Source: Deltaproteobacteria bacterium (lineage in GTDB: Bacteria; Desulfobacterota; JAFDED01). Taken from it: a stretch of 64,000 bases of DNA. The position numbers and the translations under genes were made by a program. The notes beneath the pieces were generated by a model that did no database searches, was not told the origin of the DNA, and saw only the letters and a program-made list of their open reading frames with translations. The DNA lies in the NCBI GenBank assembly GCA_019310535.1, contig JAFDED010000004.1:27699-91698 (forward strand), read 5' to 3'. Shown here in pieces: positions 1-9,802 of the stretch; position 1 is the stretch's first letter; every line of letters starts with the position of its first letter.

Positions 1-1
1 A

Positions 2-142
2 GCCTTTGGGGGAGAGAAAGACACCGGGGGCGGCCGGGAAGCCGGTTCAGACTCGTGGAAGGCCTATATGAGGCGCCAGACCGTTACCATCAACTGGTCC
101 AGGGAACTCCCTCTTGCCCAGGGGATTAAGTTTGGGAATTGA
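2..142 (+). CDS. 3' end of an ALDH7/antiquitin-type aldehyde dehydrogenase (partial, cut by window edge)
   Basis: Frame 2 reads [46 protein letters not shown], the characteristic ALDH family-7 C-terminus; not in the ORF track. Confidence 0.9.
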   Translation, partial: AFGGEKDTGGGREAGSDSWKAYMRRQTVTINWSRELPLAQGIKFGN

Positions 143-321
143 CGGTTTTGATCAGTCCGCGGAGTCGCCCTTAAGCCATTGCGTCTCCCGGGTGGAACCG
201 GATACTAAGCGTCGCAGGAGCTAAGCCTTGTTGGTTGGAAATGCCGTACTCAAGCTCCTCTCGAGCGTTTCCGCAGAGACAACCTTCCTGGATGGGCAAT
301 AGTGTATAAGGAGAAAAATCC

Positions 322-1005
322 ATGAGCAAAAATGTAGCGCTGATTCATGCCACCCGAGCGGCCATCGAGCCAACCCATACAGCCCTGCATGAGGCGTTGC
401 CTGCCCATGAGATCGTTCATTATATGGACGAGGCGCTTTTAAAAATTGCCCATGACAAAGGCTCCACCTCTTCCGAGGTTTTGCGCAGGTTCTTCAGATT
501 GTTTATTTCGGCCGAGGAAGGGGGCGCCTGTGTGGCGCTGATGACCTGTTCTTCATTAACAAAGTGTGCTGACCTTCTGAGGCCCATGCTGCGGTTTCCG
601 GTGGTCAAGATCGATACACCCATGATGGAAAGGGCCGTTTCTTTCGGGGGAAAAATCGGCATTGTGGCCACGATGTCCAGCGCCATAAATCCTGCGCGCG
701 AACAACTCGAACAGATCGCCCGGGAGAGGGGTGTGATCCTTAATGAGCGGTCTGTTGTGGTCGAGGGCGCTTTTCAAGCATTAATTGACAATGATCGGGA
801 GCGACATGACCAACTGGTGATGAAGAAAGTTCGCGCCCTTGCCCGCGGCTGTGATGCTATTGTTCTCGCCCAGGCATCCATCGCCGGGGTAGCTGCAAGG
901 GATGACCTGAAGATTTCTGTTCCTGTCTTGACCAGCCCACCACTGGCCGCCGCTCGTGTGAGGGAAATCCTGGAGCGGGGTAAAAAGGCGCATCATACCG
1001 CGTGA
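322..1005 (+). CDS. Asp/Glu/hydantoin racemase-fold protein
   Basis: ALIHAT start, MTCSS, KIDTPM, IGIVAT, DAIVLAQAS motifs; AAGGAG RBS upstream. Confidence 0.75.
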   Translation: MSKNVALIHATRAAIEPTHTALHEALPAHEIVHYMDEALLKIAHDKGSTSSEVLRRFFRLFISAEEGGACVALMTCSSLTKCADLLRPMLRFPVVKIDTPMMERAVSFGGKIGIVATMSSAINPAREQLEQIARERGVILNERSVVVEGAFQALIDNDRERHDQLVMKKVRALARGCDAIVLAQASIAGVAARDDLKISVPVLTSPPLAAARVREILERGKKAHHTA

Positions 1006-1283
1006 TGCTCATTTCACCATGTGAGGAGTCTGCCGGAAAACCTGATGTAATTTTAACTTTTGAGAATTCTGGTCTTCGAAAAATCGATGCCTTTTGATAT
1101 AGCGTTCCATACTTGTGCGCGCGGCAAGGAAAACTGTCCCGGACAGTACCGCACTATGCAATGTATTGATCGGGTACCGAGGGAAAGAAAACCGTGATCA
1201 CAAGTAATAGGAGTTCCTCTTTGGTAAAGGGAGATATAAACATGAGAATTTTGAGTCAAGGCTGTAACCCGGGATAAAAAGAT

Positions 1284-2480
1284 ATGGAAAAAACGGCAAT
1301 AATACTTGCTCCCGATGATAGAGGGCTTCAACCGGTATTCGGTATTCCCGCAGTTCGCAGGCTCGCTCTTCTCATCCTCCAGATGGGGCTTCGAGCTGTA
1401 CATATAGTCGGGCACGTCAATCCCCTTACCGCGATTCTTTCCGATCTTCTCCCACCGCAAGCATTCCATCAGTTGGACGATCCATCCTCGCTGGATCGAG
1501 TTGCGGAGGGGCTCGCTCTTCTTGATGAAGAGAGGGTTCTCGTGTTAAAAGCCAATCTTGTCATTGACCGGCATTCCCTTGCTCGATTGATTGAGGCCGG
1601 GAATAACTCGGGCCTTTATTATATGGAAGCCGTGGGGGAGAACGGCGCTGAAAGACTTTACGTGTGCAGCCCCGCCGATCTTGTCTCGGTCTTCCGCGGC
1701 CTATGGTCGCTTGATTCATCATATTTTACAATTCCAGACAAAGCGCAGCTCGTCCGGGGTGTTGCGGGACTTCCTTATGCTGCCGACAAGGGAGAGGAGC
1801 AGACAAGGTCTGCAGAGGCCAAGCTGATTGCGGCCCTTTCCTTCCAGACCGCAGCGGGTGATGGCTTTTTAGCCCGCCATTTTGATCGGCGAATCTCACG
1901 CGCTATCAGCGAGAGGCTTGCCCGAACCAGGGCGACACCGAATCAAATCACTCTCGGCGGCATGACAATAGGGCTTATCGGGGCATACCTTCTTTCATGG
2001 CCGGGCTACTGGTCCCACCTCATCGGCTCTTTGTTGTTTCTCTTTTGCGTCATTGTGGATGGTGTTGACGGTGAGGTGGCCCGTTTGACGGTACAAGAGA
2101 CCCGCTTCGGCCATTATCTGGATATAATTACAGACAATATAGTGCATGGTGCCATTTTCGCGGGGATAGCTTTTGGCCTTTACCATGACACAGGTGATGG
2201 AGGGTACCTGCGTGCTTTATGGTTTCTCATGGGCGGTTTTGGACTGAGTATTGTTGCGGTGTATCACTGTATTTTAAGGCGAAGCCCCGATGAGCTCAGA
2301 CGATCACCCATTACTATTCGGCTGATGACGCTCCTGGCCAGCCGCGACTTTGCCTATCTTGTTGTCGTCCTGGCAATTTTTAACAGACTCAGTTGGTTCC
2401 TAATCGGTGCAGCGGCAGGGTCTTATCTGTTTGCCGCTGCTTTATGGATTATAAGTATCCGTGAAAAAGCAAACGCGTGA
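1284..2480 (+). CDS. CDP-alcohol phosphotransferase with N-terminal degenerate nucleotidyltransferase-like domain
   Basis: TPNQIT and DGVDGEVAR...GHYLDIITD signature, followed by hydrophobic helices. Confidence 0.85.
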   Translation: MEKTAIILAPDDRGLQPVFGIPAVRRLALLILQMGLRAVHIVGHVNPLTAILSDLLPPQAFHQLDDPSSLDRVAEGLALLDEERVLVLKANLVIDRHSLARLIEAGNNSGLYYMEAVGENGAERLYVCSPADLVSVFRGLWSLDSSYFTIPDKAQLVRGVAGLPYAADKGEEQTRSAEAKLIAALSFQTAAGDGFLARHFDRRISRAISERLARTRATPNQITLGGMTIGLIGAYLLSWPGYWSHLIGSLLFLFCVIVDGVDGEVARLTVQETRFGHYLDIITDNIVHGAIFAGIAFGLYHDTGDGGYLRALWFLMGGFGLSIVAVYHCILRRSPDELRRSPITIRLMTLLASRDFAYLVVVLAIFNRLSWFLIGAAAGSYLFAAALWIISIREKANA

Positions 2481-2661
2481 CGATCGGCCAGTAACTTCCG
2501 CTCCATTCTCGCCACAGGCTGCGGAACACTGGAAAATGGCCGTAGCTGGGGGCAGGTCGCCATCCTCCCCTCAGATTACAAGAGAACACCTCGTGCGGCA
2601 TATAAGGCATATAATGCGTTCTTCGATTTGCAAACCGTAATCCCTGCGGCGATAGACTATC

Positions 2662-3879
2662 TCAATATTCAGTTAATTGGCAGCACCGATTGCAGATAGG
2701 AAGCAGTCCGCCCTGGTCCATGAGCATTCCGCGAAATTTCATAAAATTGGAACCGTGCCAGATCTCAAGAAAAGGGGTTTCATACACATTCCCCATGGAA
2801 AGAGGGGCATCTGTGAAAAGGTTGCACGGGTAAACATTGCCATCTGCGTCTATGGTGGGCTCATCAAAGGGCACCGGGCAGGGACCGCGACCAAGATCCC
2901 AGGAATAATCGGCATATAAGCGAGGAATCTGATGTAAGGGAATATGAGGGAGGGGTTCCAGTAAAAAGTCGAAAGCTTCCTTTTTAAGCGCAGAGACAAC
3001 TTTAACGATTCTGTAACCCTCCTCGACGAAATCTGAATAATCGTCCCTGAATCCTCCCGGTGACAAGACCCCTTTATCGACATCAAAGTATTTCTTTACC
3101 AGGTTAATGTACGCCTGCTCAGCTTGCTCAGGAATAAAAATCGGGGATAGTTTGATTTCCAAAACGTCTGCCAGTTCTTTTCCTCGTAAATCCCGGCAGA
3201 GATTTCTCAGGGCCATGGCACCGTTGTGCCTGTTCATCGTGAAGGCAATCTGTACCAGGGGAGTGTTTCTTCCCAGCCTTTTTTTCATCTCCCGAAGAGC
3301 ATACAGCCCTTTCATAGTTTTGTCATAGGCCCAGTTGCTACCTCTGATCTGGTTATGGGTATCTTTGTCGCCGTCTATTGAAACCGTTATTGATGTAACG
3401 CCTGATTTAACAACAGCACCGGCACAATGATCGAGCAACGTCCCGTTAGTAACAAATTTAACATAAAGGTTTTGTTTGCGCATCCTGTCCAGTAGCGTTT
3501 CAAATTGCGGATACAGTAAGGTCTCTCCACCTTCCATATCTATCAGTTTCAATCCCCTGGGTGTTAATTCATTCAGGATACGTTCTATGACTTCAATCTC
3601 AAGCAGGGTATTTCTTTTTGACGTATCGTACGCAAAATAGGCCCCGGTTTCTCCCCATTGGCCGCACATTTTGCACCTGAGGTTGCAATCATAGAGAATG
3701 CGAAGGTTGAGCTTGGTGGGAAAATAGGAACGGGGTGTAGGCATACGGCCGTGTTTCAAGATTTTCCTGATCCGGGTCGATTGTCTCCGCCCCAGCAGAT
3801 AAAAGTAGTACCCGGCGTTTACTCTTAGATTTTTCCACAGTCTCCAGTAAAGCTTCATTCGTGTTTTAGAAAGTACCAT
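2662..3879 (-). CDS. Radical SAM protein with SPASM/Twitch-type C-terminal domain
   Basis: CNLRCKMC, GGE, TNGTL, SIDG; C-terminal CPVP...DGNVYPC...CNRCC. Confidence 0.9.
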   Translation of the reverse strand: MVLSKTRMKLYWRLWKNLRVNAGYYFYLLGRRQSTRIRKILKHGRMPTPRSYFPTKLNLRILYDCNLRCKMCGQWGETGAYFAYDTSKRNTLLEIEVIERILNELTPRGLKLIDMEGGETLLYPQFETLLDRMRKQNLYVKFVTNGTLLDHCAGAVVKSGVTSITVSIDGDKDTHNQIRGSNWAYDKTMKGLYALREMKKRLGRNTPLVQIAFTMNRHNGAMALRNLCRDLRGKELADVLEIKLSPIFIPEQAEQAYINLVKKYFDVDKGVLSPGGFRDDYSDFVEEGYRIVKVVSALKKEAFDFLLEPLPHIPLHQIPRLYADYSWDLGRGPCPVPFDEPTIDADGNVYPCNLFTDAPLSMGNVYETPFLEIWHGSNFMKFRGMLMDQGGLLPICNRCCQLTEY

Positions 3880-3906
3880 TGATTTCCTTACGTTAGGAAA
3901 AATATT

Positions 3907-4521
3907 CTATGAGCTTTTTTCAATGGCCTGAAGCTGCAAGCGCATCTTTTGCAGGAGGATTTGATACGATTCCCGCTTGATCACTCTGCCGAAGGATTTC
4001 CGGTAGTTTTGGACAATGCTCACACCGTCGATCTTCACGTCGTGAACAAGCCACTCCTCATTCACCAGTGACAGGAAGTAATCCACTGGAATTTCCTCAT
4101 GTGTCCGGAGGATGGTGGTCTTTACCACAGCCCGGCCCTGATTGATATCTTCTTCAGTGTAGAGAATTGTTTCTTGCCTGAGAAAGTCCAAGACAAGCCT
4201 CGTATAGGAGTCCTGAAAAAGGTCCTGGAAAATGCCTTTGAATTCTGTCCGTTGAGCGCCATTGAGCTCCTGCCAATACCGGCCCAGAGACTGCTCAGCC
4301 ATTGCATCGAAATCAAAATTTTTGGCGATGACCTTTTTAATGGCAATCCTCCTTACCTCCCTGAATTCATGACCCTGGAGTTCAGGATCGCCCTGGATAG
4401 ACATCATATCTTCAAGCATTCGGCGTATTCCCTCTGTAGGCTCCTCTGCCTGACAGGGGGCATATAAATAGAAAAAGGAGAGGGCTGAGAGCATGGCCAT
4501 CGCGATAATTTTCTCTTTCAT
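3907..4521 (-). CDS. MlaC/Ttg2D (HpnM-like) periplasmic lipid-binding protein
   Basis: Signal peptide; FDFDAMAEQSLGRYW, IPVDY, W..HDVKIDGVSIVQNYRKSF. Confidence 0.85.
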   Translation of the reverse strand: MKEKIIAMAMLSALSFFYLYAPCQAEEPTEGIRRMLEDMMSIQGDPELQGHEFREVRRIAIKKVIAKNFDFDAMAEQSLGRYWQELNGAQRTEFKGIFQDLFQDSYTRLVLDFLRQETILYTEEDINQGRAVVKTTILRTHEEIPVDYFLSLVNEEWLVHDVKIDGVSIVQNYRKSFGRVIKRESYQILLQKMRLQLQAIEKSS

Positions 4522-4565
4522 GATATCTCCTCACGTGGGAGCTGATCTATTGTTAGAAACTCACT

Positions 4566-7337
4566 TCACCGGTTAATGTTTTGTTTCGGGGAAAGATGAG
4601 GTGTTGAATGGATTCGCCCCCTTTCCGAAAAATTTGTCATAAGCTGCATAAAGGCCGGGAGGAAAAGAATTGCTGCTGCCAATATGCACAGACTCCCCAC
4701 CATAGCAAGCAATCCCAGGCTATGGATGCCCTGGTGGTCTGATATGGCGAGGCTCCCGAAGCCCACAGTGGTTGTGAGCCCCGCGAGGATGACCCCCTTG
4801 GCGGTGCTGAATGGAAGCGTCACGTTTCCGGTGTCGCCGCCTTCGTGCTGCCGCCAGCGGTCTATGATGATGATGCCATATTCGACACCGGCGCCGACGA
4901 TGAGGGGCAGGAAGATGCTGTTGGCCAGGTTAAAGTCTACTCCAAGAAAACGCATCAATCCCATAGTCCACGCCGTTCCTACTACGAGCGGCATCATGAC
5001 CATGAAGGCATGGATCAGGTTACGGAAGGTGAGGAGCATCAGAGTGAAGATAAAAACCACCGCGTACATAGCCGCTTTAATAGCCGCATCGCGAAAGGCC
5101 TTGGTAAATACATAGAGAGTAACGGGATCACCGATGACGTCAGGGTCAACGGATCGAAGGTCACGCACGAACCTGCCGAGAAGCACCGGATCCCAGATAT
5201 CCTGAGACGGAAAAACCCGGATGAGATAATGACGGTCTTTGCTGACAAAACGCTGGAGCAGGGGTTTGGGTAAATCCTCAAGCTGCATGGGCGCGGCGTT
5301 CACATTGGTGCGGAGAATGTCAACCTTGTCGTTCAGGTCTTGGATCAGAGCACGTTCAAAGGCGTGCAATGCATCAGAAAGACGAGGTCTCTCCATGGAG
5401 TGAAAGCGGTGCCGGAGTTGATCAATGAGGTCTCGCACCTGGATCATTTGTGTTTCCACGGGCTTGCTGACACCCCACTGGGACTTACTGGAATCCAGCA
5501 TTTTAAAACGAATCCTGCCAAGGGTCTTATCTAATTCTGACAGATTGACAGAACCATCAGGACTTCGGGGTGAACCGACTCTTATCAGTAGCGGTTTCAT
5601 TTGCCGCAGGAAATCGATCTTGTCCTCCTGATCTTGAGGGAGTAAATTTATTATGCTTTGCACTTCCGAAACCGTTGGGAGAACCTCAAGGGCCGTCGTC
5701 TTTTTTTGAACTTCTTCAAGAGAGCGGGCCAGGACCGCTCCATACATGCTGGAACGCTCAGAACCTTCGAGAAGTTTTTTTTCCCAGATGACCGATTCCG
5801 CTCCTTTGGATTGAAGCCGGAGCATATTCAGGTCAAAGGTCACCTTTCCCGCTCCCCACAAAGACAAGCCCAATCCAATGGTGGCGGGAATCAAGATGGC
5901 AATGGCCCATCTGTTGTTTAGTTTCAACAGATGTTTCACCCGGGCGGGAGGCAAAAGGGTCCCTGTTCTGTGGCTTGACTTATCGAATATCAAGGCAAGA
6001 GCGGGCAGAACACAGAGCGTGGTCGCCGTGGTCATGAGCATTCCCATTGAGGTGATGATCCCTAATTCCACCAGGCCCCTGAAACCGGTGAGCACAAGGG
6101 GGAAGAAAGAAAGGGCTGCAGTCAAACCCGCGAGAAGAATCCCCGGACCGAGCTTGATCATGGTAGCCTGAATGGCCTCTCTCTTAGTAGCAGCCCGGAG
6201 CTGTTCCTCTTCTTGATAGCGGGCGAACCAGTGAATGCCGTAATCAATGCCCAATCCGAGAAGCAGAGGCGCAAAAGTTACTGATAGAATATTGAGATGA
6301 CCGATGAACAAGGTGGTCAGGCCGAAGGTCAATGATAGAGCGATAAGGAGCTCGATAATTTCCAACAGCGGTCGCCGGAACCCTCGCCAGAAGAGCACAA
6401 GAAGTCCCATGAGTCCGAATAGAGAGAGCACGGTGGCCAGGCTCATATCATGAAACGCCACGCCCATTTCATCCTCATTCAAGGCCTCTTGCCCGGTGAC
6501 GCCTACCTCTATATGGGGAAATCCGGCCTGCACCCGGGCAATCGCTTTCCTCAGGGCTTGCAGAGAATGCTGCGCATTGACAAAACTCTTGTCTATCTTT
6601 CTGGGCGTAACGAAAAGAAGAAGATACCGTTTATTTTCTGTCCAGAAATAACCCTCCTCGGAGTCATGGTCCCAGGATTTTTCAGTGAAAAACGATTCCC
6701 ACGGAGAAGTATAAGAAGCGTCTCCGTCCAACCAGTCTCTCAATTCCCGCAGGACACGAATGAGAAAACCAAGATCGAGAGGTTCTTTATCACTCTCTGA
6801 AGGGGTCTCATTGAGAAACCCGGTAAAAAGCTCTCCCACCATTTCGGAAGCCATCTCATGATTGACTCCCCTGAAAAAATCGGTCAAACCGGGCGACTGC
6901 ACCAGATTTTCAATAAAGCCGCGGTGTTCCTGGATGTTATCGCGAAGGGTTACGAGATCTTTTTTGTCCAGATACAGAAGCACCCAGGGCCTGAAAGGTT
7001 TTGGGTCCACGCGGTAAAAGACCTGAATGTAATTTTCGTCATCCTTCTCCAGTTGGGAGACCAAGGTGTGGAGAAATTTCAGGGAGCGTGAATTGTCCCG
7101 GTTTTCAATGGCGACCACAAAGGTGTCCAGATCCTCAAACTGATCCATCTGTTCCGACAGCCGTATCAGCCGATTGTGCGGAGAGATGAGATCTTTCTGG
7201 CTGGTGAGGAAATCCAGATTCCTTACGGTGTAAAAAATTGAAAGCGCGGCCAGTGTGAGCGCAATAAAAAGGGTAAGAAAGGGGTGCCCGGTTACAGCGA
7301 TGAAAATTTTTCGCAATACCCGTTGCAAGGCATTCAT
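4566..7337 (-). CDS. MMPL/RND lipid transporter, HpnN-like
   Basis: 923 aa with two MMPL repeats (GLGIDYGIH, GAGVEYGIII); located next to hopanoid genes. Confidence 0.85.
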   Translation of the reverse strand: MNALQRVLRKIFIAVTGHPFLTLFIALTLAALSIFYTVRNLDFLTSQKDLISPHNRLIRLSEQMDQFEDLDTFVVAIENRDNSRSLKFLHTLVSQLEKDDENYIQVFYRVDPKPFRPWVLLYLDKKDLVTLRDNIQEHRGFIENLVQSPGLTDFFRGVNHEMASEMVGELFTGFLNETPSESDKEPLDLGFLIRVLRELRDWLDGDASYTSPWESFFTEKSWDHDSEEGYFWTENKRYLLLFVTPRKIDKSFVNAQHSLQALRKAIARVQAGFPHIEVGVTGQEALNEDEMGVAFHDMSLATVLSLFGLMGLLVLFWRGFRRPLLEIIELLIALSLTFGLTTLFIGHLNILSVTFAPLLLGLGIDYGIHWFARYQEEEQLRAATKREAIQATMIKLGPGILLAGLTAALSFFPLVLTGFRGLVELGIITSMGMLMTTATTLCVLPALALIFDKSSHRTGTLLPPARVKHLLKLNNRWAIAILIPATIGLGLSLWGAGKVTFDLNMLRLQSKGAESVIWEKKLLEGSERSSMYGAVLARSLEEVQKKTTALEVLPTVSEVQSIINLLPQDQEDKIDFLRQMKPLLIRVGSPRSPDGSVNLSELDKTLGRIRFKMLDSSKSQWGVSKPVETQMIQVRDLIDQLRHRFHSMERPRLSDALHAFERALIQDLNDKVDILRTNVNAAPMQLEDLPKPLLQRFVSKDRHYLIRVFPSQDIWDPVLLGRFVRDLRSVDPDVIGDPVTLYVFTKAFRDAAIKAAMYAVVFIFTLMLLTFRNLIHAFMVMMPLVVGTAWTMGLMRFLGVDFNLANSIFLPLIVGAGVEYGIIIIDRWRQHEGGDTGNVTLPFSTAKGVILAGLTTTVGFGSLAISDHQGIHSLGLLAMVGSLCILAAAILFLPAFMQLMTNFSERGRIHSTPHLSPKQNINR

Positions 7338-8764
7338 TTTTTCCGGTCCTCTTGCCAGTCCTTCGCGCCCGCAACAAATTCCAACTTGGCCAGGGACATG
7401 TTGTAATTGAACAGCGCCTCAAGATATTTGCTCTGATTGTGGCCGTACTTTTCTATGGCCACAAGCATATTTTCGGCTGTTCCAACGCCCATATCGAAAT
7501 CGGCAAGGGCTGTGATTACCCATTTTCTGGAGGAGGAGACGGCCTTGCGATAAGCGTTTACGGCCTTTTTCCATTCCAGTACCTCTTGGTAAGATTTAAC
7601 TGTCTGGATACGGATGTTCATCTCAGCAGAAGCTTTTGTATAAAGAAGTTTGCTGTACTCCGCCGATACTTTATCCACCTTGGCTCTGCCGATCCCAAAA
7701 TCGAACTCCCATTTGACTCCGGCCACTACTCCGGCGTAGGCGTGATTGAAATCGTCAGGGATATAGGGGTTATCCAGGATATCCCGGCCCGGAGCCGTTG
7801 CAAAGGAACCCTCCAACGCGACAAAAAAGGAAGGATACCTGTCGCTCTGAGCCGCTTGCACCTGGAACTTTTGGGCTTCCAGTGCAGCGTTAAGCTGCTT
7901 GAATTCCGGGCGATTTGCAAATGCCTTTTTAATATAACTTTCCATCTCATCGAGGTCTTCATCCTTCATCGGGAGAGCTTCTTCGGCAATATCAAACTCC
8001 TTGCCGGGGGGCAGGTGGATTAGGGATTTCAAGGCAAAGTAAGCAACCTCCACTCCCTTTTGTGCCTCAGCTCGGGACCTGATGGAATCGGCACGGAAGG
8101 CATCGATCCTGTAAAGATCGCTTTCACTGACATTGGGGGAATCTAAATCCAAGAGGCGAATGATCCGGCGTCTGGCATCGTCAAAAAAATCCCCCGCTTC
8201 ATCGGCCGCATCGATTCCTTCACGGGCAAGAATCAAAGCGTAATAGAGTTGCTTGACCCTGAGGGCAATCCGGCTTTTTTTCTCTACAAGGCCGAATTCC
8301 TTAGCCCTGACTCCATCGCTGGCCGCTTTTCTTCGGTTAGCGAGCTTGCCAAAGGTATAAAGGGGTTGAGTTATGGTAAAGTCCAGCCTGCCAAAAATAC
8401 CTATATTGGAAAGGCTCGTGCCGGGGGAGGGGTCAAAGATTTTGTTATCGCGAATCACCGGTTCCCTGGCATCATCGATGGGGCCGACAACGGCTGTGCT
8501 CTCAAGCTGCGGATAATATGCGGCTTTCACCTGTTCAAGATCGCTTCGGGCTGCCGCTATTTCACTTCGGCTCTCACCAATCTCAGGGCTCTTGGCAATG
8601 GCCATATGGATCAACTGCGGCAAACTCAGGACAAGCTTCTCTTTTATCCGGGGTTCCCCCCAGGCCGGCCCGTGGAGGATAAAAACCGGGCAGAGGCTCA
8701 TAATTAACGTTAAAATAAAGAATCGGGCGGAAAATCGAAAACTGTGTATTATAGGCATGTCCAA
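7334..8764 (-). CDS. TolC-family outer-membrane channel
   Basis: Signal peptide, TQPLYTFGK, VKQLYY, NRPEF, YNMSLAKLE outer-membrane efflux repeats. Confidence 0.85.
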   Translation of the reverse strand: MDMPIIHSFRFSARFFILTLIMSLCPVFILHGPAWGEPRIKEKLVLSLPQLIHMAIAKSPEIGESRSEIAAARSDLEQVKAAYYPQLESTAVVGPIDDAREPVIRDNKIFDPSPGTSLSNIGIFGRLDFTITQPLYTFGKLANRRKAASDGVRAKEFGLVEKKSRIALRVKQLYYALILAREGIDAADEAGDFFDDARRRIIRLLDLDSPNVSESDLYRIDAFRADSIRSRAEAQKGVEVAYFALKSLIHLPPGKEFDIAEEALPMKDEDLDEMESYIKKAFANRPEFKQLNAALEAQKFQVQAAQSDRYPSFFVALEGSFATAPGRDILDNPYIPDDFNHAYAGVVAGVKWEFDFGIGRAKVDKVSAEYSKLLYTKASAEMNIRIQTVKSYQEVLEWKKAVNAYRKAVSSSRKWVITALADFDMGVGTAENMLVAIEKYGHNQSKYLEALFNYNMSLAKLEFVAGAKDWQEDRKK

Positions 8765-8788
8765 CGTTCCCTCCCTGTACTGATCGAA

Positions 8789-9802
8789 TTAGGGCTTCCC
8801 TCCCACCGGCTCTTTCTTTGGGAAAAGCCCTCCTTCTCGTTTCGCCGACAAGAGAGTCGCATACAGCAAAAGTCCGACTCCAGCCCAAAAGATTTGCTCC
8901 AATCGGAGTACCACCCCGTATGTCAGACCCAGAGCCAGGTCAAAACCCACGGCCTTGAGAGCAAGCACTCTGGTGCCCTCCTGGATACCAATCCCCAGAG
9001 GGATGGGAAATGTCAGGAGATCAAACCAACTCCCCAGAAACCAGATCCCTGCAGCAATAAAAAAAGACCCATGATCTGTTAACAGGAGCAAGAAATACCA
9101 GGCTTGCACAATGCCGCAGGCCATGCCGACAATATGCCAAAAAATGGCGAAAGGTAAATTTCCGGGGCGCTGTGTGTAAAAGCATTTGAGTTCTTCATCC
9201 ACGGTTGTAAGATGGCCGGCCAGAGTTTCCAGGGCCTTTCCGCCCAAATTGTGGGTGACGAACCATCGCGCAACAGCACCGAATTTACCAGCCTTTTGAA
9301 CAATCAAGAATCCCACGATTCCTGCCGCAAGAAGGGAACTGCTCACCAGCATTGCAGGCCAAATTCCCGGGGGCAGGTGAATTTTCCAAAGGATGAAAAA
9401 TGTTCCGAAGGCTACAAAAAGGAGTTGTGCAAGGGCATATGCCAGCTTGCCGATGAGGACACTGGTGATGGCATCAGTACCGCCATGATTCGAGGCCAGG
9501 AGAGCTCCCTTGGTCACCTCACCACCCAGAGTGGCCGTCGGGGTAATATAGTTGATGGAACTGCCGGCCATCCGGATGCGAAATAATTGAAAAAAGGGGA
9601 GAGATCGATGGGGTCCGGTAAGGCAATATCGCCATCCGAGAGTATGAAAAATGTCCGCCACTCCTTCAATCAAGATCAATGGCACGAGTCCCCAGCCCAG
9701 CAGAGCCAGTTCCCGCCATAATGCCTTGGGGCCGATTTTCCAGATCAGGAGGGCCAGCAGGATTATCCCGAAAAGAACGCTGTATGTGTGGAACTTTTTC
9801 AT
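8789..9802 (-). CDS. Lysylphosphatidylglycerol-synthase TM / flippase-like membrane protein
   Basis: Polytopic; INYITPTATLGGEVTK and IPLGIGIQEG motifs. Confidence 0.8.
   Translation of the reverse strand: MKKFHTYSVLFGIILLALLIWKIGPKALWRELALLGWGLVPLILIEGVADIFHTLGWRYCLTGPHRSLPFFQLFRIRMAGSSINYITPTATLGGEVTKGALLASNHGGTDAITSVLIGKLAYALAQLLFVAFGTFFILWKIHLPPGIWPAMLVSSSLLAAGIVGFLIVQKAGKFGAVARWFVTHNLGGKALETLAGHLTTVDEELKCFYTQRPGNLPFAIFWHIVGMACGIVQAWYFLLLLTDHGSFFIAAGIWFLGSWFDLLTFPIPLGIGIQEGTRVLALKAVGFDLALGLTYGVVLRLEQIFWAGVGLLLYATLLSAKREGGLFPKKEPVGGKP

Noticed and set aside
2597-2614. GGCATATAA tandem duplication between convergent genes
   Set aside because: Only two copies of 9 bp; compatible with chance or slippage.
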